IMG/VR virus record: IMGVR_UViG_3300024310_000009
Location: 1-61,252 of that record
Length of the DNA stretch: 61,252 bases
Origin: a virus
Lineage: Duplodnaviria; Caudoviricetes
Reading direction: 5' to 3' (one strand)
The stretch's first letter is position 1. Each line of letters starts with the position of its first letter. This document shows, in pieces, positions 26,640 through 36,291 of the stretch. The translations under genes and the position numbers were made by a program. The notes beneath the pieces are model-generated. The model was not told the DNA's origin, made no database searches, and saw only the letters and a list, made by a program, of their open reading frames with translations.

Positions 26640-27041
26640 ATGGCGAATCCGATTGCTGGCTTCAATGCCAAGGTGCGAATCAACGGGCAAATCTTCGATT
26701 GCCAGGAGTTCAGTATCGACGACGAGGTTACGGAGGGTGACGTCACGACGTTCGAGGGAGAAGGCTTTTCCGATGCCATCGGCTGCATCGAAAAGGCCAC
26801 CGTCACGCTGAAGCAGGCGTCCTACGACACCGAGAACAACCCCTACGGTACGCCGCAGGTGTTGATTCCCCGAACGGAAGTCGTTCTGGAAATCTATCCG
26901 CAAGGGCTGGCCGCCTCGCCGTGGCAGTTCCCGTCTTTCCTGATCCTGAAACTCAGCCACAACGGCAACGCGAACCAGCTCCAGCCCGTGGACCTGTCGG
27001 GACGCACGCGCGGCAGGTTCTTCCGTCCCGACGAGACCTAA
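26640..27041 (+). CDS. Major tail tube protein
   Basis: G..AKV, DVTTF..G, synteny before chaperone and TMP. Confidence 0.7.
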   Translation: MANPIAGFNAKVRINGQIFDCQEFSIDDEVTEGDVTTFEGEGFSDAIGCIEKATVTLKQASYDTENNPYGTPQVLIPRTEVVLEIYPQGLAASPWQFPSFLILKLSHNGNANQLQPVDLSGRTRGRFFRPDET

Positions 27042-27053
27042 CGGAGATAGCAC

Positions 27054-27503
27054 TTGAGCGATCAGGCCGAACTGCTGGGGACGCCCTTCCCCTTCACCTT
27101 CGATGGCAAAGACTACCTTGTCAGCGAGAGGACTTTCGAGCAGGAGGGACTCTTCAAAATCTTCCTCGAAGCGGAAGCACTTCGCGTCATCCAGCGCCAT
27201 GCCGCCAATCTCAACCCGATGGAATTCATGATCCAGATGACGGGTTGGCGGCAGGACTGCTCCACCTTCCAGTACGCCGTCGGCACGCAGAACTACCTGA
27301 TGGGCGAGTACAGCCCCGATGGCATGCGCTACCTCGCTTACCTCGCCCTGAAGGAGAAGAGTGCTGGCCTCGTGACGCCGGCCCTGGTGGATCGCATCTT
27401 CAAGGATGAAAAAAAGTGGAAGGAATTGCAAGCGATCCTGTCGAGGCTCAACGACCCAAACTCGAAACGGCCGGGAGACCAAAACTTACCGGCCAATCCC
27501 TGA
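27054..27503 (+). CDS. Tail assembly chaperone (gpG-like)
   Basis: Between tail tube and TMP; slippery site near 3' end. Confidence 0.65.
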   Translation: MSDQAELLGTPFPFTFDGKDYLVSERTFEQEGLFKIFLEAEALRVIQRHAANLNPMEFMIQMTGWRQDCSTFQYAVGTQNYLMGEYSPDGMRYLAYLALKEKSAGLVTPALVDRIFKDEKKWKELQAILSRLNDPNSKRPGDQNLPANP

Positions 27504-27931
27504 GACAACCGAGACCGGCACCAATCCCTTTCGAGACGATCTGCGCCGGCCTGGAAGAGGCGGGGTACCGACGGGACCAAATCGGCAAGCTATCCCGGCG
27601 CTACTATAACACCGTCTTATGTCATCCAAGGGACGACAAGGGCAAGTTGCAGAGACGGTCCTTGCCAAACTGGCAACCGAACGAGGAAGAGGCAAACCGC
27701 GAATTGTTCCGGCAACGAGGCTGGCCGGAACATCGCATCGAGGAGCGCCTTTTAGAGATTCGACGGCAACGGAAGGAGAGGCAACATGGCAGACATGAGC
27801 CTGGGCAAGGCAGTTCTCGAAATCGACGTGGCCGGCGACCTCAAGAAAAAGCTGGCGGAACAGCAGGCGTTCCTGGGCAAGACGCTGGACGTCGAGCAAA
27901 AACTCAAGACGCTGAACACGGCCAAGCTTGA
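27455..27931 (+). other. Programmed -1 frameshift site (C CCA AAC) and gpT-like extension
   Basis: XXXYYYZ heptamer 27455-27461 in frame; -1 frame open to 27931. Confidence 0.65.
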
Positions 27932-29411
27932 CCTGGCAAAGCGCCAGGCGGAATGGATGGGTTCGCCGAAGGGACAGCAGGCCATGAAGGCGCAGCTGGA
28001 GTACGGCAAGCAAATGGCCGTCGTGATGAAGCAGATGAACTGGGCGCAGATGGTCGCGGAGCAAGGCAAGGTCGGGGCTTCGCTGTCTTTGCTGGAGGAC
28101 AAACTGAAGGGTATGTCGGGGGCGATGACTGGCATTTTCACCGCCTCCACGGTGGCAACGGCGAGTATGTACGGCCTCGTTGCAGCTGCAAACCCGAGTC
28201 TCTTTTCGACGCTGAACGACTCGTTCAAAATGGTGTCGATTCAGCTCGGGCGGTTTTTGATGCCGGTGGTCGCGGATTTGGCAAGAGGTTTACAGGGTCT
28301 TTCGGCGTGGTTTCAGAGCATCGATGCAGACACCCGGCAACAGATCACGACATGGGCAGGCTGGATAGCAAAGGCAGCGCTCGCGGCCGTGGCGCTGAAG
28401 GGCATACTGGTGGTTGGTGGTCTCGTAATCGGGGTAGTGAAGCCACTGGTAATTGCGTGGTTCGCCGCTGAACGGGCCATCATGGCGTTCAAGCTGTCCA
28501 CGGTACTCGCCGCTGTGAGCCTGGGCGGACTGAAGACCGCTCTCTCCTCGACGTGGGCCGTGATGGCGGCACATCCTCTCACGGCAACGATCATTGCTGT
28601 TGGAGCACTGGCGGCTGCGTTCGGCTACCTGAAGCGAAACGCCGGGGAGGCAATGGCGGGAGTGAATAACCCGCATGGTGGCCCAGCAGGACGTCCTCAC
28701 GAAGGAATCACTCCACAGGACATTGCTGCGTTACCGACTGACATTCGCAAGCGCGTCGATGACGCCAAGACCCCAGAGGAAAAACGACGGGTGCTTGCGG
28801 AGGAGACCGAGAAGTACAAGAAGCACGTCGAGCGATTGCAGGCGGCGCGCCTGCTGGGCGAAAACCCCTTGCCGGGCCACCTCACGCCTGAGGTGGAACG
28901 AGGCTTTGAGGAGACGCAGGCGGCAGCTAAAAAGACGATGCCTGCCCGGCTGTTTCACCTCATGCCGGGTCGGGACGAGGCGGAAGAAGAAGCGCAAGAG
29001 ACTCACATCGCAGGCGCCCTGAAGAGAACCCGCGGCGGGCAAGACCTGAGCGACGCCATCCTGAAGCAGATCGCCGCCAAGGTTCGCATCGGGCAAACCA
29101 TCTCCCTGCGCGACGTGCAGATCATGTCCGCTGAGCAGGGATTAGCCAACCTGCAAGGGGTCAAGGATAAGGCCGGCGACCCCTTCAAACAGAATCTGGA
29201 AATGCCCATGCAGTCACGCTACATGGGCTTCGCTCAGTACAGCGAGGCGCAGCAACTGGCCGCCCTGAACGTCGGAGACGCTCAGGCGGAAGTCCTGCGC
29301 CAGCAGATGGAAGCAACCCTGGAGCAGCAGAAGGAGACGGTAACTACCGTGGCTCAGGTTCGCGACCGCCTGGAGAACATCGGCAGGATGATGGAGAACA
29401 TGGGGTTCTGA
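27786..29411 (+). CDS. Tape measure protein
   Basis: Helical Ala-rich, hydrophobic central segment, LG.A..EI N-terminus. Confidence 0.75.
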   Translation: MADMSLGKAVLEIDVAGDLKKKLAEQQAFLGKTLDVEQKLKTLNTAKLDLAKRQAEWMGSPKGQQAMKAQLEYGKQMAVVMKQMNWAQMVAEQGKVGASLSLLEDKLKGMSGAMTGIFTASTVATASMYGLVAAANPSLFSTLNDSFKMVSIQLGRFLMPVVADLARGLQGLSAWFQSIDADTRQQITTWAGWIAKAALAAVALKGILVVGGLVIGVVKPLVIAWFAAERAIMAFKLSTVLAAVSLGGLKTALSSTWAVMAAHPLTATIIAVGALAAAFGYLKRNAGEAMAGVNNPHGGPAGRPHEGITPQDIAALPTDIRKRVDDAKTPEEKRRVLAEETEKYKKHVERLQAARLLGENPLPGHLTPEVERGFEETQAAAKKTMPARLFHLMPGRDEAEEEAQETHIAGALKRTRGGQDLSDAILKQIAAKVRIGQTISLRDVQIMSAEQGLANLQGVKDKAGDPFKQNLEMPMQSRYMGFAQYSEAQQLAALNVGDAQAEVLRQQMEATLEQQKETVTTVAQVRDRLENIGRMMENMGF

Positions 29412-29413
29412 GA

Positions 29414-29575
29414 TCACGGCTCGTCGTCGGGATCGTCGAGGCTGTGGCGATTCGAGCGACGAACCAGCAGTACGATAGTGACAATCAGCAGACAGACGAA
29501 GACCGGCACTCCGCAGACGACGAGCAACACCGCCACGTCTCGGGGAGCCAGAAAACCAAGCGCAAACGGGAACAC
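29414..29575 (-). CDS. 53-aa single-pass membrane protein (moron)
   Basis: AAGGAGG RBS, GTG; MFPFALGFLAPRDVAVLLVVCGVPVFVCLLIVTIVLLVRRSNRHSLDDPDDEP. Confidence 0.65.
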   Translation of the reverse strand: MFPFALGFLAPRDVAVLLVVCGVPVFVCLLIVTIVLLVRRSNRHSLDDPDDEP

Positions 29576-29619
29576 GGTGCCTCCTTTGGTTGGGGCGAAC
29601 CTCCGATTGTGGCGCGCCG

Positions 29620-29650
29620 TTTGAACCCGAGCAACGAAATTCGTTACCTT
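29620..29650 (+). promoter_or_regulatory. Promoter (TTTGAACCCGA family) for tail-tip genes
   Basis: TTGAAC-N18-TACCTT. Confidence 0.65.
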
Positions 29651-29672
29651 CGCAGGCCGGAAGGGGGAACGA

Positions 29673-30686
29673 ATGCCGGCGACCTGGAACGGTATCGACT
29701 ACTGGGAACACCCACCTGGGAGCCCCAGCGAAGCTATCGACACAGACAAGGGACAGGTCACGCGCAAGATCCTCGTGGCCTGGGAAGACCGCTGGGCCGC
29801 CTTCCCAGCCTTCCTGGGCAAAGCTGCCCTCGTTACCTCGTCCGTCTCCGGTCAACCCTACATCTCGCGTTCGTCGCCCCTAATCGTACCCACGGTTGAG
29901 GCCAGCGGTGGATTGCTACCTCATCCTTATCCCGCAGCTCCACCGGGCATGTACGCAACCCGGATCACGTCGGTCGAGGGGATCGGAAAGCCGGGGAAAG
30001 ACCTGCTGGACGTGACGACGTATGAGCAAGCCCTCCTCACGATTGTCTACACGACGTTCACCTATCACGTCGGCGACGATAACTCGGTGTTGAACACCGA
30101 CGCCACGGATGGTTTTTTCTTCCTGCTGCCGGATGAGGGGTTTGCTCTGAGTGCAGGGACGCCGAAGTCCAGCGCTTACCGCTATGTTACGCGCGTCGCG
30201 AAACCCTCCGGGCGCATGCTGTCGCTCAACAAAGGAATGATGTTCGTCGCTTCGCCCATCGGCACGCTGAAGATACCGATTGCGGAGGGCATCCCCTACG
30301 TCGAGCCGTCGATGGACATTGTTTACACCTGGCATCGGGTGCCAGAGGCCGGGGTGCCCATCAAGGCGATCATGTCGCAGATGGGCACGGTGAATGCGGA
30401 CACCTTTGACGGGTTCGCGCCGCAGACGCTGCTGGTTGAGGCCCCCGACCCGAAGCCGATCTATTCTCCCTTCGGCGGCCGAGAGTACGACTTGCAATAT
30501 CGCATGAAGTTCCTTCCCCGCTGGGATTCGGTCAACAACGTCGCCAGAGGCTGGAACTACATCCTGCGTAAACCGCCGGACGGACAGTTGCAGTTTGTTC
30601 TCGTCACATCGGACGGAGCCCTGACCAGTACGCGGACGTACAGGGCAACCCCATTCCGCAACCTGTTCAGACCCGACGCTGTATGA
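29673..30686 (+). CDS. Tail tip/hub protein (putative)
   Basis: First gene after TMP; GTVNADTFDGFAPQTLL, GWN motif. Confidence 0.55.
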   Translation: MPATWNGIDYWEHPPGSPSEAIDTDKGQVTRKILVAWEDRWAAFPAFLGKAALVTSSVSGQPYISRSSPLIVPTVEASGGLLPHPYPAAPPGMYATRITSVEGIGKPGKDLLDVTTYEQALLTIVYTTFTYHVGDDNSVLNTDATDGFFFLLPDEGFALSAGTPKSSAYRYVTRVAKPSGRMLSLNKGMMFVASPIGTLKIPIAEGIPYVEPSMDIVYTWHRVPEAGVPIKAIMSQMGTVNADTFDGFAPQTLLVEAPDPKPIYSPFGGREYDLQYRMKFLPRWDSVNNVARGWNYILRKPPDGQLQFVLVTSDGALTSTRTYRATPFRNLFRPDAV

Positions 30687-32674
30687 GCAACCCGGTTCCG
30701 AATTTTCCTGATTTTCACCACGGACAGCCGCGTCTCCTCGAAGTGATGCGTCGCCTGTGGGAGGTTGCCTGGCGAGCCGACAACGTCACCGCCACGGACA
30801 TGCTTGCCGCGGTCAGTGAATCCGGCATCATGCTCCAGGGGCCGGAGAGTAACGGATTCTGGGCGAAAATCACCGGCAAGTATCCGGGGAGGCCGAATTA
30901 CACTTTCGCGGAGATGCAGGACAGTTACCTGCGCCCGCCGAACACCGAGCTGGACTACAAGCTCGATGGCATCGTGGCGACAGCTGACAAGGGGTTGTAT
31001 GCCGAAGAGGTCAACTTCAACCAGTCCGTCCCTATTGGGGCCATTGCTTGGCTAAGATTGGCTGATGGGGGAGACCATTGGGAGTTCACCTACCCTCACG
31101 CCACGGCTTCCCCTGGCACCGGCAACGGCGACGGCTCTGTAACCGGAGGTTCTGGCGGCCCAGGATCTGTAGCGGTTTTTCTGCCCTGCGATACCGGCAT
31201 CCTCGGCGAACTGCGGCTCGTCATCAATCCCGACACGGGGCAAACGGTCCTGGTGGGATGGAACGGCACGGAATGGGTGGTATTCCCTGAGTCCGGCCAC
31301 GGTCTGCCCTGCACGACGGCCACGCCTGCCGGCCTCGAAACGACCCTCGTAGCGAGTGTCTGCCCGGTCGAGGTGGACAGACTCACCCCAGCGGGCAGTG
31401 ACACCCTCGACACAAATTACGACATTGTCGCCGATGACACCTGGGAGGATACGGGGCTCTCGGTGACGCTCCCAGCCGCGGCGGACTACCTTCTGTCGGC
31501 TCAGGTCATCGGCGAGGGACTCATCTCAGCGGGAACTATCGGCACCCTCGATGCCAGGCTCTACAACGTCACAGGGGCCGCCAGCGTACCGGGCTCGGTC
31601 CTTGAGATCGGCTATACCGAGACGCTCGATCAGGTCTTCCGGGGTACTCACACACACGCCCCGATACCCTTCACATCCCCCGTCGTCAACACGGTGGTTC
31701 GACTGGAAGCGTTCAGGAACTCAGGGCCAACCTGGGATCGCTCCACCGTTGTCTCGAAAGCGGACGGGGGGACTCGTCTAGCCTGGCAACTGTCCCCGGA
31801 GCAAACGATTCTGACGCCGCCGTGGTTTGTCAATAACCTCGTCTCGATGCTGATTCCCGGCGGCTGGCAGCGGGCCAAGTGGTGCGACCCCGTACCCGAA
31901 TGCGATTGCGACTTCGGCTGCTCTGAAGTAGGCGATACCCTGTGCTTCTCGGTGCGGTTGCCGGTGCCGGAAGGCTGTGATTCGAGCTGTGGCACGCACT
32001 TTGAGTTCAGCGACACGCTGACGCGAGATACGGTTTCAGGGAACTGGCTGGTCAGTGACACCCTCACGGGGGCCTGTGGCAATGACTCTCTCGCCTTTGC
32101 GGTGGCCTGGGATTGTGGCGGTGGGGCCGTCTGCGATGGTGAGTTGAGTATCACCATCAGCGGAGCCCCGAGTGGCTGCGACACCGTCTATAGCTTCAGC
32201 GGAACGAACTCCGACGTGTACCCGTGCAGCTGCAAAGTGGACCCCCTGCGACTCGTCTATCACGACTCCACGGGCGCTGCCGTGGCAATCGTCTCGGACG
32301 ACTGCGGTATCACGGAAGACATTGTCGTCCTGTCCAGCTTCAACTGCGACGACAGCGTTCTGGGGCCCGAGGCGGACACGCTGGGCATGTCCTTCCTCGG
32401 CGGCTATCTGCTCGACTCGGTTGGCAGTGATCTCTTCTCGGGAGATTTGATTCTCCCCACCAGCATCACCTGCGATGGGGCAGACTACACCACCCTCACC
32501 TACGCCTGCGGTCGCGTCACAGAAATCGACGGCGATACGTTAGCAGGACCGGACACCGTCACGTTGATCGATACCGTCGAGTGTGATTCGGCCAACGGCG
32601 ACCTGTTCGTGACGGAGATTGACCTCTTCGTGGATAGCCTGGGCATCCTGGAGGATACGGCTGGGCCTGCGTAG
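30683..32674 (+). CDS. Acidic Cys-rich tail protein
   Basis: Synteny; many Cys/Asp. Confidence 0.55.
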   Translation: MSNPVPNFPDFHHGQPRLLEVMRRLWEVAWRADNVTATDMLAAVSESGIMLQGPESNGFWAKITGKYPGRPNYTFAEMQDSYLRPPNTELDYKLDGIVATADKGLYAEEVNFNQSVPIGAIAWLRLADGGDHWEFTYPHATASPGTGNGDGSVTGGSGGPGSVAVFLPCDTGILGELRLVINPDTGQTVLVGWNGTEWVVFPESGHGLPCTTATPAGLETTLVASVCPVEVDRLTPAGSDTLDTNYDIVADDTWEDTGLSVTLPAAADYLLSAQVIGEGLISAGTIGTLDARLYNVTGAASVPGSVLEIGYTETLDQVFRGTHTHAPIPFTSPVVNTVVRLEAFRNSGPTWDRSTVVSKADGGTRLAWQLSPEQTILTPPWFVNNLVSMLIPGGWQRAKWCDPVPECDCDFGCSEVGDTLCFSVRLPVPEGCDSSCGTHFEFSDTLTRDTVSGNWLVSDTLTGACGNDSLAFAVAWDCGGGAVCDGELSITISGAPSGCDTVYSFSGTNSDVYPCSCKVDPLRLVYHDSTGAAVAIVSDDCGITEDIVVLSSFNCDDSVLGPEADTLGMSFLGGYLLDSVGSDLFSGDLILPTSITCDGADYTTLTYACGRVTEIDGDTLAGPDTVTLIDTVECDSANGDLFVTEIDLFVDSLGILEDTAGPA

Positions 32675-32693
32675 CCCCGAACGGCACAAAAAA

Positions 32694-33509
32694 ATGGCAA
32701 CGACCTATATCCTGAGTGATTGTCCTTGCTGTCCGGTTCCGGTGTGCGCGCCGTGTGCTTCCGCTCCAGCCTTACCGCCGAGTACGGGTCTCGTCTGCTG
32801 GATCGAGGCTGATTTGAGCATCGTGGGGCTCTCCGACGGCGACCCGATCGACCTGGCAACCGACCAATCCTCTGCCGGAGACGACGGCACACAAACGGGC
32901 AGCAACCGTCCAATCTACAAGACGGGCATCCTGAACGGCTTGCCTGTGATGCGGTTCAACGGAACCGATCAGTGGCTGAACATGGCGAACAGCTGGCCCA
33001 TTCCGCCAGCCACAATGTTCGTTGTCTGGAATTGTGCCGTGGCGCCGCCGCCCTCGTCGCATACCGATATTGCCAGTTCAGCCCTCCTCGGGTCGAACCG
33101 AAACGGGTTGAGTTACTCCCTGTTCACGAATGTCTCCAGCGAGCTGCGCACGATGGCGGCTTTGGCGCAGAATCAGGACCTAGTAGGCCCGTCTGCGCTC
33201 ACTCGCTCAACGAGTACCTGGTACGCAACCGGATTTTCCTACGATGGGACTTCCCCGGTTCCTTCGTATTACCGGGGACGGCCGACAGACCCTTGCACGG
33301 ATGGGAACATCGGTGTGGGCATCACCATCGGCTGGGGGTTGACGGATGCGTCCATCGGCGCCACTCCTCTCTTTGGCAGTCCGGGAGTATTCAAGGATTT
33401 TCTCGCTGGCGACCTGGCCGCCTTGCTCGCCTACGATCGCGTTCTGGGTGAGGGAGAAAAAATCCAGACCCTCTGCTATCTCAGCGGTAAGTACGCGCTG
33501 GGGATGTAA
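32694..33509 (+). CDS. LamG/concanavalin-like tail protein
   Basis: CPCC N-terminus; GL..W..AD, NGLPVMRFNG, GDLA.L.YDR.L. Confidence 0.65.
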   Translation: MATTYILSDCPCCPVPVCAPCASAPALPPSTGLVCWIEADLSIVGLSDGDPIDLATDQSSAGDDGTQTGSNRPIYKTGILNGLPVMRFNGTDQWLNMANSWPIPPATMFVVWNCAVAPPPSSHTDIASSALLGSNRNGLSYSLFTNVSSELRTMAALAQNQDLVGPSALTRSTSTWYATGFSYDGTSPVPSYYRGRPTDPCTDGNIGVGITIGWGLTDASIGATPLFGSPGVFKDFLAGDLAALLAYDRVLGEGEKIQTLCYLSGKYALGM

Positions 33510-33511
33510 TC

Positions 33512-33868
33512 GTGAGTCGCGTGGAATTACCCCTAACCCCCTGCGAGCACCGGAAGGAAGAAATTGCCCCCGGCCGCTGGCGGTGCATCCATCCACGGGG
33601 ACAGAACGGCAAGAGGGGAACGTCTGCGGTCCTCTGTTCCACCTGCACCGTTCGGGACAAAAAGCCCGGCGCCGCCGCAAGGTCAGCAATCCCGTCCGCG
33701 GCACCGGCAAAGCAAACCCTGCCGTGCATCCACCTGGGAAAGGTGGTAAAACGTCTGCGCTGCAACTGCGTCCGCAAGTGGACCTACGCCTGCCCGCTGC
33801 ACGGCACCTGTATCCCAGCAAAGTGCTATGCGATGTGTGGGGATTATGTAGGAGATCCCGAGACATGA
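33512..33868 (+). CDS. Cys-rich protein
   Basis: Two PC.H.. Cys clusters. Confidence 0.6.
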   Translation: MSRVELPLTPCEHRKEEIAPGRWRCIHPRGQNGKRGTSAVLCSTCTVRDKKPGAAARSAIPSAAPAKQTLPCIHLGKVVKRLRCNCVRKWTYACPLHGTCIPAKCYAMCGDYVGDPET

Positions 33869-34389
33869 AACAATTCTCGATAACCGACGTCCACGGCTGG
33901 CTCTCGTGCGCTGAGGCAACCGCCCTGGCTTACCTCGGTCGTGGCTGTGAGGTTCTGGAAGTCGGCAGCTATGAGGGTCTTTCCACGCTCTGTCTTGCTC
34001 AGGAAGCGAAGAAGATCGTCAGCGTGGATAGCTTCGAGTCCACGGGCACGCCGGGCACTGTAAAGACACTGGACGCCTTCAAGACCAATTTGAATCGCTA
34101 TGGATTTCGTCACAAGGTAGAAATTCGTGTCGGCCTGAATCAGGTGGTTCTGCCGCAGCTGCTGCGCGAAGGGTACACCTTCGACGGCTGTTTCCTCGAC
34201 TCCTCTCACGATGCTGAGAGCGTGCGACGGGATCTGGAGATGATCTTGCCGCTGGTCAGGTCTCATGGCTGGCTGGCCTTTCACGACTACGGTTCCCCGA
34301 TTGATCCAGAGGTGGAGCCGGTCGTAGAGGCGTGGCGAGGTGGGCGCTGGCTGGTGCGTACAGACAATCTTGCTGTGCTGCCAAGATAG
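33865..34389 (+). CDS. Class I SAM methyltransferase (Methyltransf_24-like)
   Basis: VLEVGSYEGLST, SVD, FLDSSH, FHDY. Confidence 0.85.
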   Translation: MKQFSITDVHGWLSCAEATALAYLGRGCEVLEVGSYEGLSTLCLAQEAKKIVSVDSFESTGTPGTVKTLDAFKTNLNRYGFRHKVEIRVGLNQVVLPQLLREGYTFDGCFLDSSHDAESVRRDLEMILPLVRSHGWLAFHDYGSPIDPEVEPVVEAWRGGRWLVRTDNLAVLPR

Positions 34390-34394
34390 GCGCG

Positions 34395-34425
34395 TTTGAA
34401 GCCGACGTCAGTTTCGTGCTACGCT
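34395..34425 (+). promoter_or_regulatory. Promoter family member, probably leaderless
   Basis: TTGAAG(CCGA)-N18-TACGCT, ATG 7 nt downstream. Confidence 0.6.
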
Positions 34426-34432
34426 CCCCGGC

Positions 34433-35149
34433 ATGAATAGCAGTGTATTCAGCCCCCGAATTTTTACCTCTGGCCTGTTCGGTGGCACCGGCGCTAGTGG
34501 CGGCGGTGGTGGCAACCCTGTCACATCAGGGCTTGTCTTCGAGTTGCTCGCCACGGACCTCGGGGGTCTCTCGACAAGCGATCCAATTAGCACATGGAGC
34601 GACCACTACGCCGGGGGCGATTTCACGGCTGCGGATAGTGCGCGCCCCACCTATCGTGCCACGGGCGGGCCTAACTCTCTGCCCTGTGCGCGCTGCGATG
34701 GGGCAGACGACATTTTACAATCAGCCTTCTCGCTGGACATGAGACCGGCCACGGTCATTATTGTAATGAAGAAGGCGTCGACCTCCTTTGACATACCCTA
34801 CGGCGGCACTCCTGGGAATGCGTTTCTGTACAACTGGGCGAGCGACTCGTGCCTCCAGTACGCGGGCGGCAATATCTACTTTAACATCGATCCGACCGTC
34901 TGGAATATCATCACTTCCGTCTATGGCGGCGCAGATAGTGTAGCGCGTGTTAACGGCGTGGAGACTCTCGGCGACTGCGGCACGTCCTTCACGGTCGGCA
35001 ACAGTGTTTGCCTTGGCGCCTGGAATTCCTCCGCTGGTTACTACTGTGCGGAGGACGTTTTCGCCTTCATCGGTTACAACCGCGGCCTCGACATAACCGA
35101 ACGAGGTGACGTGGAAGCCTGGCTCAACGGTCTGACGTCCATCTTCTGA
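34433..35149 (+). CDS. LamG-like protein, paralogue of 32694-33509
   Basis: SGLV..L, W.D, RPTY, N.LP..DG.DD.L, YNR.L. Confidence 0.65.
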   Translation: MNSSVFSPRIFTSGLFGGTGASGGGGGNPVTSGLVFELLATDLGGLSTSDPISTWSDHYAGGDFTAADSARPTYRATGGPNSLPCARCDGADDILQSAFSLDMRPATVIIVMKKASTSFDIPYGGTPGNAFLYNWASDSCLQYAGGNIYFNIDPTVWNIITSVYGGADSVARVNGVETLGDCGTSFTVGNSVCLGAWNSSAGYYCAEDVFAFIGYNRGLDITERGDVEAWLNGLTSIF

Positions 35150-35164
35150 GAGGACTTCTCGGCC

Positions 35165-36289
35165 ATGTACTCCGGCGAAATACCCCTCGATGCTGTCCCG
35201 CACTTCGACGTGACGACTCATATCGCGGCCACTGGTGCGGTCTCGGACGCGGACAGTCCACCCGAATTTGACGTTTTCGAGGAGGCCACGGATACACCGA
35301 TTCTCTCAGCCGTTGCGATGACCAAGCGCACCAGCAAGACGGGGGATTATCGCGGCACCTATGCCTGTTCAATCGCGAACGGTTTCGAGGTCGGCAAGTG
35401 GTACAACGTCGTGGTGACTGCCATTGTCTCCTCGATCACCGCCAAACTAACGGTGATGACATTCCGACTCGTGCCGGCAGAGTCTGCCGCCGGTGTCCCC
35501 AAGGTGGACCCGTCCCACTGGCTGGGAACAGCGCTGGGCTCGCCCGACACGGCAGGCTACCCGAAGGTGACCGTCAAGGACGGCACCGGGCAGGGGGAGA
35601 TCCTGACCACGTCTGGGAAGGTGGATGGTGTCATTCTCGCCGACGCCTGCACGCTGACCACGACGACGACGACGGCCGTGAATCTCACCAACGCCCCAAC
35701 GAACGGCGATCTGACAGCAACAATGAAGAGTTCTGTCACGACAGCCGCTACGGCGGCCACGCCCATTGCCGCCAGCGTGTCCGGTAACGTCGTGGGAAGC
35801 GTCGGCAGCGTGGCATCTGGAGGCATCACGGCAGCCTCCTTCGCGGCCTCAGCCATCGACGCTACGGCGATTGCCAACGGGGCCATTGACGCCGCCACCT
35901 TTGCCGCTGGGGCCATCAACGCGGCGGTCATCGCGGACGGCGCCATTGATGCGGCCACGTTCGCCGCAGACGCCCTCTCCGCTACTGCCGTCAGCGCTGC
36001 CGCGGTGACGAAGATACAGGCGGGGCTCGCCATCACCGGGGCGGCGATGACACTCACCAGCGGGGAGCGCAATGCGGTGGCCGCTGCTCTGCTCGACCTC
36101 GCCAATGGCATCGAGACGGATTTCACGCTGAGGGAAGCGTTGCGGATTCTGCTCAGCGCAGACGGCGGCAAACTCAGTGGAGTCGGAACGGCAACGATAA
36201 CGGTACGCGACGTCAACGACACCACTGACCGGATCGTTGCCACGGTGGATGCCACGGGCCGCCTCGCAATGGTCCTCGACGCGAGCTAA
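35165..36289 (+). CDS. Tail fibre-like Ala/Thr-rich protein
   Basis: AIDAATFAA repeats; TLREALR C-terminus. Confidence 0.6.
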   Translation: MYSGEIPLDAVPHFDVTTHIAATGAVSDADSPPEFDVFEEATDTPILSAVAMTKRTSKTGDYRGTYACSIANGFEVGKWYNVVVTAIVSSITAKLTVMTFRLVPAESAAGVPKVDPSHWLGTALGSPDTAGYPKVTVKDGTGQGEILTTSGKVDGVILADACTLTTTTTTAVNLTNAPTNGDLTATMKSSVTTAATAATPIAASVSGNVVGSVGSVASGGITAASFAASAIDATAIANGAIDAATFAAGAINAAVIADGAIDAATFAADALSATAVSAAAVTKIQAGLAITGAAMTLTSGERNAVAAALLDLANGIETDFTLREALRILLSADGGKLSGVGTATITVRDVNDTTDRIVATVDATGRLAMVLDAS

Positions 36290-36291
36290 CA

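Noticed and set aside
26127-27482. Long minus-strand ORF (451 aa) and similar antisense ORFs
   Set aside because: Shadows of GC-rich plus-strand genes, with no motifs or RBS
32694-35149. Diversity-generating retroelement acting on LamG paralogues
   Set aside because: No reverse transcriptase and no TR/VR pair differing at adenines; the paralogues are diverged throughout
35820-36010. GCC-rich tandem repeats
   Set aside because: Simply encode AIDAATFAA protein repeats of a fibre protein
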